64,000 nucleotides of DNA from Eledone cirrhosa (taxonomy: Eukaryota): positions 363,072,001 to 363,136,000 of the forward strand of contig OZ024743.1 in NCBI GenBank assembly GCA_964016885.1. The letters run 5' to 3'. The notes beneath the pieces are model-generated. The model did no database searches. It was not told the origin of the DNA and worked only from the letters and a program-made list of their open reading frames with translations. Shown here piece after piece: positions 16,748 through 29,594 of the stretch; position 1 is the stretch's first letter, and every line of letters starts with the position of its first letter. A program made the position numbers and the translations under genes.

Positions 16748-17640
16748 ATGAGAATGTGTGTGTGTGAGAGAGAGAGGGAGAGAGGGAGAGAGGGGGGGAG
16801 AGAGTATGCAAACCGGTGGTGATGGTGTACGTACAAGCAAGACCTCTGATGTTGTAACAGAACAATGGAGACAGTGCAAACGCTTTAGGGTGCCTATAAG
16901 TGTTGGGATTAAGGTCGCTTAATGATACTATTAATTAAAACCTTATCGTAGGCAGACAAGAGGAATTGAATCTAAATCTAACTAAATATCTAAATATATC
17001 GTCTGGTGATATAACAAAACTACATTGTACTTATTATTACTACACACACATGCACACACATATATATATGCATGCATTATACATACATATGTACATACAT
17101 ACATACAAACATAATGGCTACATCTCGGTTTCGAGAATTTCCCCCCTTGACTTTTTTCTCGTACTTGGGTAGCACGAACATGACTTTTTACCCCTGCCAA
17201 GGACTTAGATTCCTTTCTGCATGTACGCGAAAGAACTTTAGATTATGTGGAGCCTGTGTTTAAGGTTTTTTATGCGAATAAAGGTCTTTCATTGAACCAA
17301 TCCTACTCTCTAAACAACGGTAACAGGTATCCAAAAAAGAACAGGTCAACATCATTAGCTGTCATCGAGTCAGAGGTTTTACTTCAGAGTTATCCTTCTC
17401 CTAGAATGATGTCCTAACAAGAACTAGGGGTCTCTCACTCCCGGTAGGCTAACCACCTACAAGGACACCAAACCGAGTATTTCCATGTTCGCGCATACAT
17501 ACATACATACATACATGATATTTACGCCTGGAAAACCGAAAAGACTGCTAATCAGAGTACTTAATACATTTTAAGGAGCTGAGTTGATGTATATAAAATA
17601 AGTTGCTACATCTCTCTCTCTCTCTCTCACTCACTCCCCC

Positions 17641-17729
<89 letters not shown>

Positions 17730-17732
<3 letters not shown>

Positions 17733-18119
17733 TTTATAAATAACAACCAAAGAGTGTTTAAGAACATTTAATTACTAACGATCGTTTCATCCAAGCACAA
17801 GGCTGGAATCATCGGAGTATAAATTGAAGGTTAAAACACAGATAAAGCTTTGCTTTCTATTCTTATAGGAATGTTAATTAGTTATGCTTTCTTCCCATAT
17901 TGTGTATCCCCAGAATGTTCTTTGACAAGTTTATCTGTGTTTTAAACTTTGATTTGTACTCCAATGATATCTTGTGCTTAGATGAAACGATCGTTAGTAA
18001 TTAACTGTTCTTAAACACTCTTTGATTGTTATTTATAAAGTATTTCGGCTCCGTATTATATTTATTTTACATTGACCTATTCTCATACTTGTAATTGGAT
18101 AATATTTAATATTACCCAC

Positions 18120-18120
<1 letters not shown>
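17730..18120. mobile_element. Fold-back element with two hammerhead motifs (17773-17819 minus; 17957-17999 plus) in (TA)n
   Basis: 17730-17845 is the reverse complement of 17930-18043; tact-CCGATGA-stem-GAAA-cgatcg-TT-agta; right arm continues to 18120. Confidence 0.75.
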
Positions 18121-18187
<67 letters not shown>

Positions 18188-18198
18188 TAACAGATTAA

Positions 18199-18249
18199 AG
18201 TTTAAGCAAAGAATCGCTGCTTTCACCCTTAACGGGATCTTCTGAAACT
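18199..18249 (-). ncRNA. Hammerhead-like motif with CAGAAGA core; homologue at 44797-44847 (plus)
   Basis: agttt-CAGAAGA-tcccgttaagggt-GAAA-gca...tgc-TT-aaact. Confidence 0.55.
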
Positions 18250-18390
18250 AAAACAAATCAATCTGTGAAGGCAGAAGTAAATATATATATATATTTATAT
18301 ATATAGGAAAAAGTATGACCCAGACGGCAGAGCTCAAGCCGTTTCGACGGTGCGTTATGGTCCATTTGGTTCCTTACCACAGTTTCTTTG

Positions 18391-18433
<43 letters not shown>

Positions 18434-18673
18434 AACGCAGAAGTAAATATATATATGAAAAATAATATATATAAAAATATTGGAAACAGCTCAAAATAGA
18501 GTAATTTATTATATATAATAAACAGTACAAAAGGTTATGTTTCATACTTCTTTGAACGATTTTTTCAAACAACCATGTGTACAAAATCCTATTGTGTTAA
18601 AAATAAAATAATAATTACCCTTGAAGCAAATGATTGATTAAAGTAATTACCAAATACGTTTTTACATTAAATA

Positions 18674-18720
18674 TTGATTTACGAACGTTTCGTCTCCTTA
18701 TTGGGACTTTTCAAAATCAA
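18674..18720 (-). ncRNA. Minimal type I hammerhead, U3-A8 variant
   Basis: ttgatt-TTGAAAA-gtcccaataaggagac-GAAA-cgttcg-TA-aatcaa; perfect 6-bp stem I. Confidence 0.7.
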
Positions 18721-19089
18721 TTATTTATAAGTAAAACTCTCATTATAAATCTCACCAAACCGCTCAACAATCAGCAGTCTGAGAATTTGCTTACTTTTAA
18801 AACGACGATGAGGCATGGAAAATATGTTGTCTAACGACAGGGCTTATAACGTCAAACCAGTCTAGCACATTACTATAAAAACTATGAAACCTTTTTTTTT
18901 TCAAAATAAATAACTGATAAATAGAAAAAGAGAATTATAATATTGATAAAAATATTATAAAAGATAAAAAGGAAAAAATAAAAAATAAGGACATATACGT
19001 ATACATACACACGTACATATATATATGCGTATATACACATACATATATATGCGTATATACATACACATACATATATACATACACACATA

Positions 19090-19545
19090 AGATGGCTGCA
19101 AACTCTGCTAAGAGTATTGCAATCGCCTGTCAGATTATAGAGTTTGGTGCACCTTTAGGCCACGGCCAGCCACACGAACCTGTAACAGACCCTGAACAAG
19201 CAATACCTGCGCTTTGAAGGTTTTTTAAGTTGGGAAAGGCCTTGCACTCGACTGATCCCATTCTCTGAGCATCGAAAATACTAGCCGAAAAGGAGAACTG
19301 GTCAACATCATCAGATGCCGCAGGTTTTTTTTCAGAGTTTCTCCTTTCCTAGAAAGGTGTTGTGATAACAACTGGGGCCTTTCACTCCCAGGTGAAAAAA
19401 TAAAGGTACTATTTGGATGGTCATTGACCTTGCTCAGTTCCTCCGCCCTTTGCCGGGTCTTGTATTTCATCCCACAGGGTGTCCAAATATCACCCCCCTC
19501 CTCACCAAGCAAGATTGGTGAGGTTGCCGATTTAGTCACGGATGA
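19090..19545 (-). mobile_element. Interspersed repeat, probably the 5' region of an RTE-type LINE
   Basis: Homologous to 42560-42810 (plus) and partly to 17340-17440; the class assignment is inference. Confidence 0.5.
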
Positions 19546-19552
19546 CACATAT

Positions 19553-19646
<94 letters not shown>

Positions 19647-20244
19647 GTATGTATGGTATATATATATATATATACCATACATACATAGATATATACATAC
19701 ACACAAACATACACATATATATACACACACACATACACAACCACACACATATATATACACGCACACAGACGCACTCATATATAAAAAAAAAATATATATA
19801 CACACACATACACATATATATATAAATACATACACATATATATATAAATACATACACACATATGCTCACATATACATATATACATACACACACACATATG
19901 CACACACATACATATCCACACACTCATACATGTATTTATATATACACACACACATACATACGATAAAGACATAACTGCGTATCTAACACTCACACATACA
20001 TACGTATGCACATTCACATATGTGAAAATACATATACATGCACACAAGCATACCAATACACCCACACATATACATAGACACATAAACATATTTATATATT
20101 TCCTCATAAAGCCAAATCTGGAAATATACTTAAACATACAAAACCTATAGAAAATAAAAATAAAAATATACAGTGGAAAAATATGTGCCACCCACATAGA
20201 ACTAGAAGTGCACACACATACACATACACGTACAGAGACATGTA

Positions 20245-22568
20245 TGGCTTTCCATTGAATGGAGTACCCTATACTTGAGTCCTTGAGGGACCATACGTGG
20301 CTCGCGAGTTTCGTGGATGAACGTCTGTCCGGGTATCTGAAGGTAGACTGGTGGTTCAGGAAACGCTCCTTGAATCGGCCCTCCGCCATGCCCACATAGG
20401 ATTTGACCTCCTGTGGTTCGTTTGGTCGGTTGGAAGTGACCACAGCTTCATAGATTACAGCTGGTGTGTTGCATTGCTGTTGAAGGGGGCAAGCTTCAGG
20501 CTTACGGCAAGAGTACCCTGGTGGGGTGTTGCTCCTAAGGCTGCTGGTGATGTGGGCCTTCATGTTCTTAGCGCAGGAGTATCCTAGTTTAACTTTGTGT
20601 CGGTTAAAGATGGAGCGGTATTTATGACCTATGGGGAAGTGTCTATCTAAGAGGGCTAGAAATATTTTTCCTACATTGGTTTTAACGTTGAATGAGAAGG
20701 GAGGAGAGAACCAGATAGTTTGTCTATTGATGCGCTTACATTTCTTAATGGTGTTGTTGCTAGTGGGAGAGTAGGTGATAGGTTGTGAGAAGCCGCTGTT
20801 AGCCAACGCCGTGTTATAGTAGGGTGCCGCCCTATCAAAGATAGCCTTATTAGAGGAGAGGTTTGAGATTCTAGTACTGATATTCTTAACGAAGTTTCTA
20901 AAAACAGTGGGAGGGTGGCATGAGTCCTTGTGAATGTAATTAAGTTTCTCGTTTAGCTTATGGAAGGGTCTGTGGGTGTGTGTGCGAAGGTCTAAATTAA
21001 TGTCTAAGAAATCTACGCTAGAGAGATTGGTGGCTACTGTTATCCTAAGGCCTAACTCATTGAAGGTAGAAGCTAGGTCTTTTTTAAACCAGTCGAGGTC
21101 GTGACCGCTTTTATGGCTCAATAAAGTCTGTCCATCGTCACGGTATATTCCCGTGTGGAAGTCCGGGAATCTAACACGTAATATGTTTAAGATAAATAGG
21201 CCAACCAAGTCACATACGTCAGCACTGTCAAACGATCCCTTGGAGACGTCGAACAGGTCTGAAGATGTAGACTTCTTTGTCCAGGCTACTCCGTCGTTGA
21301 AGAGGAGGGTTTTCCGGCAGTGAGCGATGATTTCCCTGTCTAAACCATCGACGGTGGTAGGGTCTCTGAGATCGACAGGTAAAAATCAACAATGTCAAAC
21401 TGTGTGAACTTCGCTTTTTTGGATTTTAAGGAGTTAAACCATTTAATTACGGAGTCGCTGTTCTCCCACTGGGGCAGGTTGGACTTGGTCCTAATGGACT
21501 TAACTATGTTTTTAAGTATGGCCTTACTGACTAGTCCCATATCTGTGCGTGCCGAGTTAGTAGTCTACATGTGGGGTTAGAAGTAAAGTCTATCTTGTGA
21601 TCTTTCAGAGTGAGGAACGCCTCCCGCTTAGCTAGAGATTGTAGCTTCTTATCTACCTTAAGGGCGGCGGCAAGTTGTTTGGCTTCTGTATTAATGTCGT
21701 GGTAGGCCATAGGGTTAGCTTTCTTATATTTAGAAGTAATAGCGTTATGGGCCAGGTGGCGGAAAGTGGTGTTGTCGACTTCGTAAATATTATTGGTTTT
21801 GTCGGAAAGGACGAAGGTGTTATTAGAAGACCTACATTTCTTAATATCGTTTCTGAGTTTCGTTTGAAAGGTGTTAGTGTGTTTGCGAAAGGAAATGTTA
21901 GCGACTAAGTCAAGAAGGTCCGTCTCGAAAGGAGCAAGTTCGGTTACCTTAGGAGGGTAGGCTCTCGATTTCAGGTTGAATGTATTGTTTGTGCCTGTAA
22001 TTTTGCCGTCGAAAGCTAGGGCTCGCCATATTAAGCGTCTGATGACATCTTCCGCTTTTTGTAGGAGGATTTTTTGGTAAACATGGTTGGAGGGAGTTGG
22101 AATGTTCTTCAGGGAGTAATTCAGTTCGTATAAATCCATACTGACGTTGATGAGACGCAAAATTGTGTAGGACACGAGGATATATAGAGCGCTCTCAGGG
22201 TAGTAAGCCAAACTGGCACGTGGTGAAGAATCTGCTAAAAGCCAAACTTCTACGTAGTGAGGAGAATCTGCTGACCGCTGCTGGAGACGTAGATAGTGGT
22301 GGACTTTCCGGACTTTCGCAGTTATCTCCCTTACACCCCCGCACGCAGTCTAGTATTGCCTGTGTGAAGTGACCGAGTTTCTGCGCCTGCGCGTTCGTAC
22401 GGTTGTCTTTCCTGTTCCTATAACCATACACATCCCGAGCTGAAGATCCGCGAAGGTGAAACAATTGTTCTCGGTATGGTGAACTAACTGTTGTGTAACC
22501 ACTTCTACCTAACTCGTCCCTTGGACTGAGTGCTCTACCACTACGGATATTACCTTCCAGTGTTCCAC

Positions 22569-22571
<3 letters not shown>
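20245..22571 (-). mobile_element. Penelope-like retroelement 3 (probably Hydra clade), frameshifted, 3' end of endonuclease lost
   Basis: ORFs 21531-22211 (YSLKNIPTPS), 21340-21540 (QFDIVDFY) and 19775-21208 (GIYRDDG, SCRKPEACPL, YVGMAEGRFKERFLNH); paralogous to PLE 2; (TA)n from 22572. Confidence 0.9.
22435..22474 (+). ncRNA. Minimal type I hammerhead ribozyme, antisense to and upstream of PLE 3
   Basis: ccgag-CTGAAGA-tccgcgaaggt-GAAA-caattg-TT-ctcgg; perfect stem I, palindromic stem III. Confidence 0.78.
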
Positions 22572-22637
<66 letters not shown>

Positions 22638-23179
22638 GTAGAACTATATTAACAATTAAAAAGTCAAGAATTAAAATGCTAGTATGTAAATGCCAGTTTT
22701 TATGAAAAAGGAATAGCTCATTGCATTTATATAACATATAAATGTTCCAAGAAGAGTGGAAGAATAGTTGTACATATAAATGAAGAGCAAATATAAACAT
22801 GCGTATTAATGGAAAAACTATACTTCTTTCATCAAAAAACCATATTTATTCCCTTACAAACGTTTAGAATAAGATATGACCCCCAATTATCCGAAATGTT
22901 GGTAAATATTTTGATAATCATATACATCTATTACTTTAGATATATGTCTTGTAAGGTCATAATTCTCTGAGAGGGGAAAAAATAGTCTGTGGTGAATTTT
23001 GTCACTGAAATATTGAGATTACCTTTAGCTGAGATTGTTGTATATTAATCCTGCATCTTTAAGTACAGGGTTTGTTTCGATAGAACAAATTTTTTTCGGG
23101 TTTTGAATTTCTCCCGTTTCTCGTATGTTGACATTTTAGTTTTAGATGGATATAGAAAAGCAAAACAAAAAATACACTT

Positions 23180-23271
<92 letters not shown>

Positions 23272-23954
23272 AGATAGAGAGAGAAAGGGAGAGAGACTTC
23301 GGCGAGATAAGAAAGTAAGAGTTTCTGTTTCTGTGCCTATTATAATAGTCTACATATGCTGACTACAATATATATTGTTCAGTCTTAAGCAATACTTAAT
23401 TATTTTTCACACCTCTTCAGAAAGCTTAAAACCTTTCGTGGTAGTATCCTTTCAGCGTGGCGTAGAATTCAGGAATGAGTTGTTCAATTTAAAAATGGAA
23501 TTTACATTTAGTAAAATAAAATAAAATAAAATAAAAATAGAATAAATCAAATGATAATAAAATGAAATAAAATAAAATACATTAAGTTAGAGTGAGAAGT
23601 AGAGAAAGTTAGGAAGAGAGGGGATGGAAGTGAAGAGTTTTGCACTATCATATTATGTGCCGTGATGTGGAACAATTTTTCTTTGACCATTGATATGTTT
23701 CGCCATATATAGTCAAGAGGGAAGAAAGGGAAGAGAGAAAAGGACAGATAAAGAAAGGGTGAACATTAAGAATAAGTTAGAATGGAGTAGGAAGTGAAGG
23801 AATTACGAAAGTTTTGAAGAGTACTGAATTCTTTGGGTGCAGTGTGAAAAGTTCAAATGCCACAGACTAGATGCAATAGATAGGATGTAGTAAATTATAG
23901 GTATCAGATATCGAAACTTGTTCTAATTTAGTTCGCATTTAGCGAAGGTTTTTA

Positions 23955-25210
23955 GAACCTTAAGTAACTGTTTCGCCGTACCAAAACTCCTCTATACCCT
24001 TCACAGCGCTCCGTGATATAGCCACGTATCTCTCCTCACTAACCTCGATATTTGTATCCGAGCGGCAGCTGAGGAGATATGCAATGTCAGGTTTGACGAC
24101 ATTGGATGGCAATATGCCACCTTACCTGTTAGATATGGTGGCCTTGGCCTCCGGTCCCCGATCCCGCTGGCTTTGCCTGCGTTTCTTTCCTCGGTGACCT
24201 CATGCCACGTCCGGGTCAGCAGGGTTCTCTAAAACAATGAAACTTTCTGTGATCGAGGAACGTGAGGCCGCCTGCGAGACGTGGGACCGGCTGGGACTTA
24301 GCCCAATAGACGTCCTTCCTCCTTCTCCCCCTGCTGAGGTCAAGCCCAAAGCATTTGGGATGCCATCCAGTGCAGCCTAGCCTCAGACAGGTTCACGCGC
24401 CAACTAGACCAGCACGGCCTTGCCTGTTTTCGCGCGGCCTCCAAACCCCTCAGTGGGGCCTGGCTCAATGCCTTACCCTCCTTCTCCACTGGCACACAGC
24501 TGGACAACGATAGCCTGCGCATCGGCCTTTCCATGAGGCTTGGCCTCCGGATGTACGAGCCACAGAAATGTCGCTGCGGATCCACCGTGGACTCTTTCGG
24601 CCTCCACCCGCTTTCCTGTCGCTACAGTGCCGGCCGCCTTCCACGCCATGCTGCCCTCAATGAGGTCATAAAGCATGGCTTGGATGCTGCAATCTTCCCC
24701 TCCCAACTCGAGAGCCGGTGGGGCTGGATCTAGAGGACGCCAAAAGGCCAGACGATATGACCCTCTTCCCGTTCTGCGGTAGAAAATCCCTCGTCTGGGA
24801 TGCAACTTGCTGTGGCACTTTCTCCAGCCGCAACCTTGTGCAGTCTGTGACTAACCCAGGTTCTGCTACACTTGGGGCTGAGAAGGCCAAACTCTCCAAG
24901 TACCGGTCGCTCTCCGACAGGTTTGGCAGTGGAGACCTCTGGTGCCCTTGGCCCTAGGTTTACCTCCCTACTCACCACCATAGGCGCCGAGCTGGCCAGC
25001 CGCAGGTGTGAGCCTCGCGAGATGGAATGGATTTTCCAGCACATCTCCCTTACCATCCTCCGGGGAAATGCCTTCTCCATTTTGTCCACCGGAGCTGTGG
25101 GGCGGCCAGCACGTGGGACCCCATTTGCTCACTATACAGAGAGATGTGGAGGGCGAGAGAGATGGGAGCGATGACGGTGGGAGTCCCTCTCTTCCGTGTT
25201 CGGACACATT
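23955..25210 (+). mobile_element. CRE-clade non-LTR retrotransposon 3' part (zinc finger plus restriction-like endonuclease), decayed
   Basis: LPVRYGGLGLRS, SGAWLNALP, CRCG...GLHPLSC...GRLPRHAALN, KRPDDMTLFPF...LVWDATC, SLTILRGNA. Confidence 0.8.
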
Positions 25211-25329
25211 GCACCTGTCAAGAGTGTATTTTCATACTTGTGACGAACATTGTGAATTCCTATTTATCATTAACACATATGTACGCATTAACCCATATGT
25301 TCATATGATACAATTAAATACCACAAAAG

Positions 25330-26130
25330 ATGTATGTTGCTCTACTGCTTCCAAATAAATACCCTATCATGCCAGAAATTTAGAAGGTCCTTTCCGGTCA
25401 CTATATCAACCACCTCCGACAGGCATAATTTACAGGGGCGTATTTCATTCCGGTATAGACGGGTGAATCTCAACACCGACCATTGCAGTGCGTATTTTAT
25501 ATTGGTGTGCTGTAGGTCCCAGATTTTTTTCGCTAGCTAAACTGGGGTTTCTATACGTGTGGGTGGGCTTATACCATCTCTTCTTGAAAAGATTCGAAGT
25601 GGCACCCACATACTTAGTTATTCCCAGTTTTGATAAACGATGTTTTTGTACATACATTTCCTTGATAACGGACAATTGTTAGGGTTTCTACAGTTGCAAT
25701 GTGTCCCTGTAGAATGTGTGGGTTCATCTCCGGTTCTTGTGTTGAAGGTGTTCCTCTGGTTATTCTGTTGTTGATCTGAACATGCACGTGTGACGACAGA
25801 GACGTCAGTGTTTGTGGGTGTTGATCTGTTCTGTGTTGGAGGCTGCGGATGTTGCTGAGGATTATAGTAGTGCGGTTCATCAACAAAAGTTGGTTGTTGG
25901 TACTGTCATACTCGCGGAGGCGTTTGCTGTTTAAGTTCGTGATGATATTACCCTGGTAAGCTGTGTGGAATATGATAATCGGATTGCTCTTCTATTCAAT
26001 ATTTTATAGTATTTGTATGTTGGAGGAAAGTGCTCGTCTATAAGTTTGACGAAGAGTTAAGATAGCTTAATAGATACTAGATCATTATGCGGAGGATTAT
26101 ACCATAGGCGGTACCTACCTGGTGTTGTCT
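25330..26130 (-). pseudogene. PLE (Hydra-type) linker and endonuclease fragment
   Basis: Minus-strand pieces KLIDEHFPP, CNCRNPNNCPL, KYVGATSNLFKKRWY. Confidence 0.75.
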
Positions 26131-26245
26131 TATTTGCAGTATTATTATTTGGTTTATTGTTGGTCCTGCCACTGTGGAGCTTTGAGCCGTTGGTTGTTTA
26201 ATTTGCAAAGTATATACTTATGCTGCAACACTCGCTTCGATTCTT

Positions 26246-26287
<42 letters not shown>

Positions 26288-26288
26288 G

Positions 26289-26401
<113 letters not shown>

Positions 26402-26437
26402 TTATTTATATACAGAGAGAGAGGGTGGGAGGGAGGG

Positions 26438-26741
26438 AGATTTAAAAGAATGGAAGTCAGAGTTGCAGCATAAATACAAACTTTATTTGCATATTACAAT
26501 GGTTTCGATATCGACCAGCTCAGAGTACAATCATGATGACGGGAGCCAGACTCTTTTTCGACACCTCGGCAGATATACGAGTTTATATGTGCAAAAACAT
26601 TGCATATCTAACGAGTTATCGAAAAAGAATCAGGCCCGTCATCATGATTGTACCCGGAGCCGATCAATATAGAAACCATTGTAATATGTCAATAACGTTT
26701 ATGCATATGCTGCAGTACTGACTTCGATTCTTTTAAATCTA
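26438..26741. repeat. Imperfect palindrome of about 300 bp
   Basis: agatttaaaagaat...gcagcata pairs with tatgctgc...attcttttaaatct; tacaatcatgatgacggg pairs with cccgtcatcatgattgta. Confidence 0.75.
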
Positions 26742-26849
26742 TTTACACTCCGCGCACTACAGCCGCCTTAAATCTGCTATAAAACCCAAAACTCAAACGA
26801 AACGGACTTACCAACAAATTGAATATCTCTTTTGCCCCTTTTGCTTATA

Positions 26850-26914
<65 letters not shown>

Positions 26915-26917
<3 letters not shown>

Positions 26918-27215
26918 AAAGTATATATACACATGTACGTGAAATAGTCTTTTTCAAGACTATACAGAGCATTTGTAGTTGTCCCAAATTGAAGGATGAG
27001 TATTTTAAACTTTATTTTATCATGTGTTAAGGCTCTATTGATTTTTCCCTGGATTTCACTAAATTCTGTTGGATAACACTATATCCTGATTCTTTTTGAA
27101 TTGAGTTTGAATTATTTTTCCCACATCTTACGTTAACTATTTTCCCATTTTGACGCTATAGTCACTTATATATTATGGAATACTGTTGGCTTCTTGCTAC
27201 AATACTTTCTATACC

Positions 27216-27220
<5 letters not shown>
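26915..27220. mobile_element. (TA)n-embedded interspersed repeat; inverted homologue at 42003-42290
   Basis: atagtctttttcaagactata...ccaaattgaaggatgagta matches the reverse complement of 42218-42275. Confidence 0.7.
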
Positions 27221-27267
<47 letters not shown>

Positions 27268-27271
<4 letters not shown>

Positions 27272-28041
27272 TAAATTATGTCCATAGAATCATTTGATAA
27301 GATATATATACTCTATTTCCTCTCCCAATTAGCATAATCAACCACACAAAAAAAAACAATTAAACCAGGCTATAAGATTAAAAGGCACCTATGAAGAAAT
27401 AATAGATAAATAAACGACAGCCATCTATCTATTCGCTATCAACAGCTATAGAATATTTACCCCGCATTTCAATAGCACGTGGAAATCGATTAAATATATC
27501 GTCAACCATACACAATTAGGTATAAAATTAAAGTTAGAAGAAAAAATGCATATACACATACCAGGATTACGTTTCTACCCTTTAGGGTTTCGTTCGCTTT
27601 CGGAAATATCCTATCAAGGATAAATTCTCGAGCTTCGAACTCATCAGGAAACAAACTCACTTGGACGAAGATTTTTCTTAAATGATCCCCGCCAGAAACG
27701 AATTCAAAATGGCTAAGAACTGTGACGTGGCAGTGGTCAAGTCAGAAAGAATGTGATTGGTGCCTTACGGCAAGTGGGCTGGTTGTTAGAAAGCGCAGCC
27801 TAATATTGCCTAAATTGCATCTCAACCTTATGGGAGATTATCAAATATAAAGATTTACATATACACAAACTAGACAAAGTCATAAATATGTTTTGGGCAA
27901 CTATTCACGATGTGGCTCAATGATGTATTAATAAAATAAATATTCAGAGCAATATACTATAAATTATGTCCATAGAATCATTTGATAAGATATATACTCC
28001 ATTTCCTCTCCCAATTAGCATAATCAACCACACAAAAAACC

Positions 28042-28045
<4 letters not shown>
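27268..28045 (-). mobile_element. (TA)n-embedded non-coding unit with terminal direct repeat and hammerhead (pLTR- or retrozyme-like)
   Basis: 27270-27362 is repeated at 27958-28045 and again at 36746-36875; HHR at 27571-27652. Confidence 0.65.
27571..27652 (-). ncRNA. Type I hammerhead ribozyme with extended stem II
   Basis: gtttc-CTGATGA-gttcg...cgaac-GAAA-ccctaaaggg-TA-gaaac; canonical core, all three stems pair. Confidence 0.82.
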
Positions 28046-28102
<57 letters not shown>

Positions 28103-28256
28103 ATATTAACAAATGGAAACTATATTTATAAAACCATATTTATTTCATTATACATATTTCAAGGGCCACCAAGGCAAACTATGGTGCGCTTTTGTTGAGT
28201 GCTTTATATCAGTTATAAAAATATTTTGCTTGTTGTATCCCAACAAATTAAATATA

Positions 28257-28373
<117 letters not shown>

Positions 28374-28519
28374 TATATATATATATGAATATATATGTAT
28401 ATATATATATATGTATGTATAAGAGATGTCACCATGAAAGGACCTGTTATTTTTAACTAAAGACATTTTTTCCAATTCCATCCCGCCCGTCCCCTCAATT
28501 TATTTTATTTCTCATTCTT

Positions 28520-28555
28520 TCTTCTGGTGAAGGACTAGCGTCCGAAACGTTAAGA
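28520..28555 (+). ncRNA. Minimal hammerhead-like motif (A6G)
   Basis: tctt-CTGGTGA-a-ggac/gtcc-GAAA-cg-TT-aaga. Confidence 0.55.
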
Positions 28556-28663
28556 CCCTCTTCGTGTTATATGAAGCGTTAACCTAATATATACGTTCCA
28601 CATACCGTCCGTACCGATAGTGTTGTTATTTCTGTTTACCTTTTACATGCATATATATATGCA

Positions 28664-28702
<39 letters not shown>

Positions 28703-29029
28703 GTGTACATATCTGAGAACCACTTTACTTACGTAATCCATAGTAAGAATATACTTGTTCGTTAAACACCTCCATAAACCAACACCACTAATGAAACAGT
28801 GATGTTTAATTCATTAAGTAAAATAATTTTAAATATAACCACTCGAACGCAGGGCAAAGATTAAGCTTTACGATGCGAAACATCGTTATGTTTAATTACA
28901 TCGTTTCTTGGATTTAAATTTGCCGCGAAAAATCGGAACCCTGAACGCCTGATATAGTCAACTAGTATTATGACCCCTACTTCTGATCTTCATTCATATT
29001 GGAACGAAGAACCCGACTAATAATAATAA

Positions 29030-29528
29030 TAACCAAATGTCGGTCGTTCTCCGACAAGTTTGCAATCAAGCCCCTAGCAAGGGAGACTTCTGCTATCCTT
29101 GGTCCTAAGGCCACATCCCTACTTACCACCATAGGTGCTGAGCTGGCTAGACGCAGGTGTGACTCACAAGCTGGAATGTTTCTTCCAGCGCATCTCCCTC
29201 ACCATCCTCCGGGGAAACGCCTTCTTTATTCTGTCCACCGGGGCCGTGACACGGCCAGCGCGTGGGACCCCATTTGCTCATAAGAAGCTTAGTGCTTTGG
29301 AAACCACAACCAGTCACTAATAACAGGGGGCACAAGCTCTCCTATCCCGATATCATCTCCAGAGATTCTGGTATTGAAATCCAGGATTTGGCAGCGGCAA
29401 TGAACGACAGACCAACGTGGAGATCAATTGTTGAGTCGATTTCGGCTGACGCCGCCGGGTGATGATGATGATGATAAGAGATGGGGAGGGCGAGAGAGAT
29501 GGAGGCGATGACAGTGGGAGTTTGGTTC
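29030..29528 (+). mobile_element. CRE 3' fragment interrupted by an RTE-type 3' end (about 29286-29473)
   Basis: ISLTILRGNA as at 25040-25075; the insert encodes LVLWKP...LAAAMNDRPTWR, ends in (TGA)n and is flanked by ataaga repeats. Confidence 0.7.
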
Positions 29529-29550
29529 AGCAGTCGCAAGTGTGGGAAGG

Positions 29551-29594
29551 ATCATCCTGATGAGAACCATTTAAGTTCGAAATGCATCGACGAT
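29551..29594 (+). ncRNA. Minimal type I hammerhead ribozyme
   Basis: atcatc-CTGATGA-gaac/gttc-GAAA-tgca-TC-gacgat; canonical core, palindromic stem III. Confidence 0.75.

Noticed and set aside
18822-18870. Possible hammerhead (ctaacga...aaac)
   Set aside because: Both core segments are mutated and the stems do not pair convincingly
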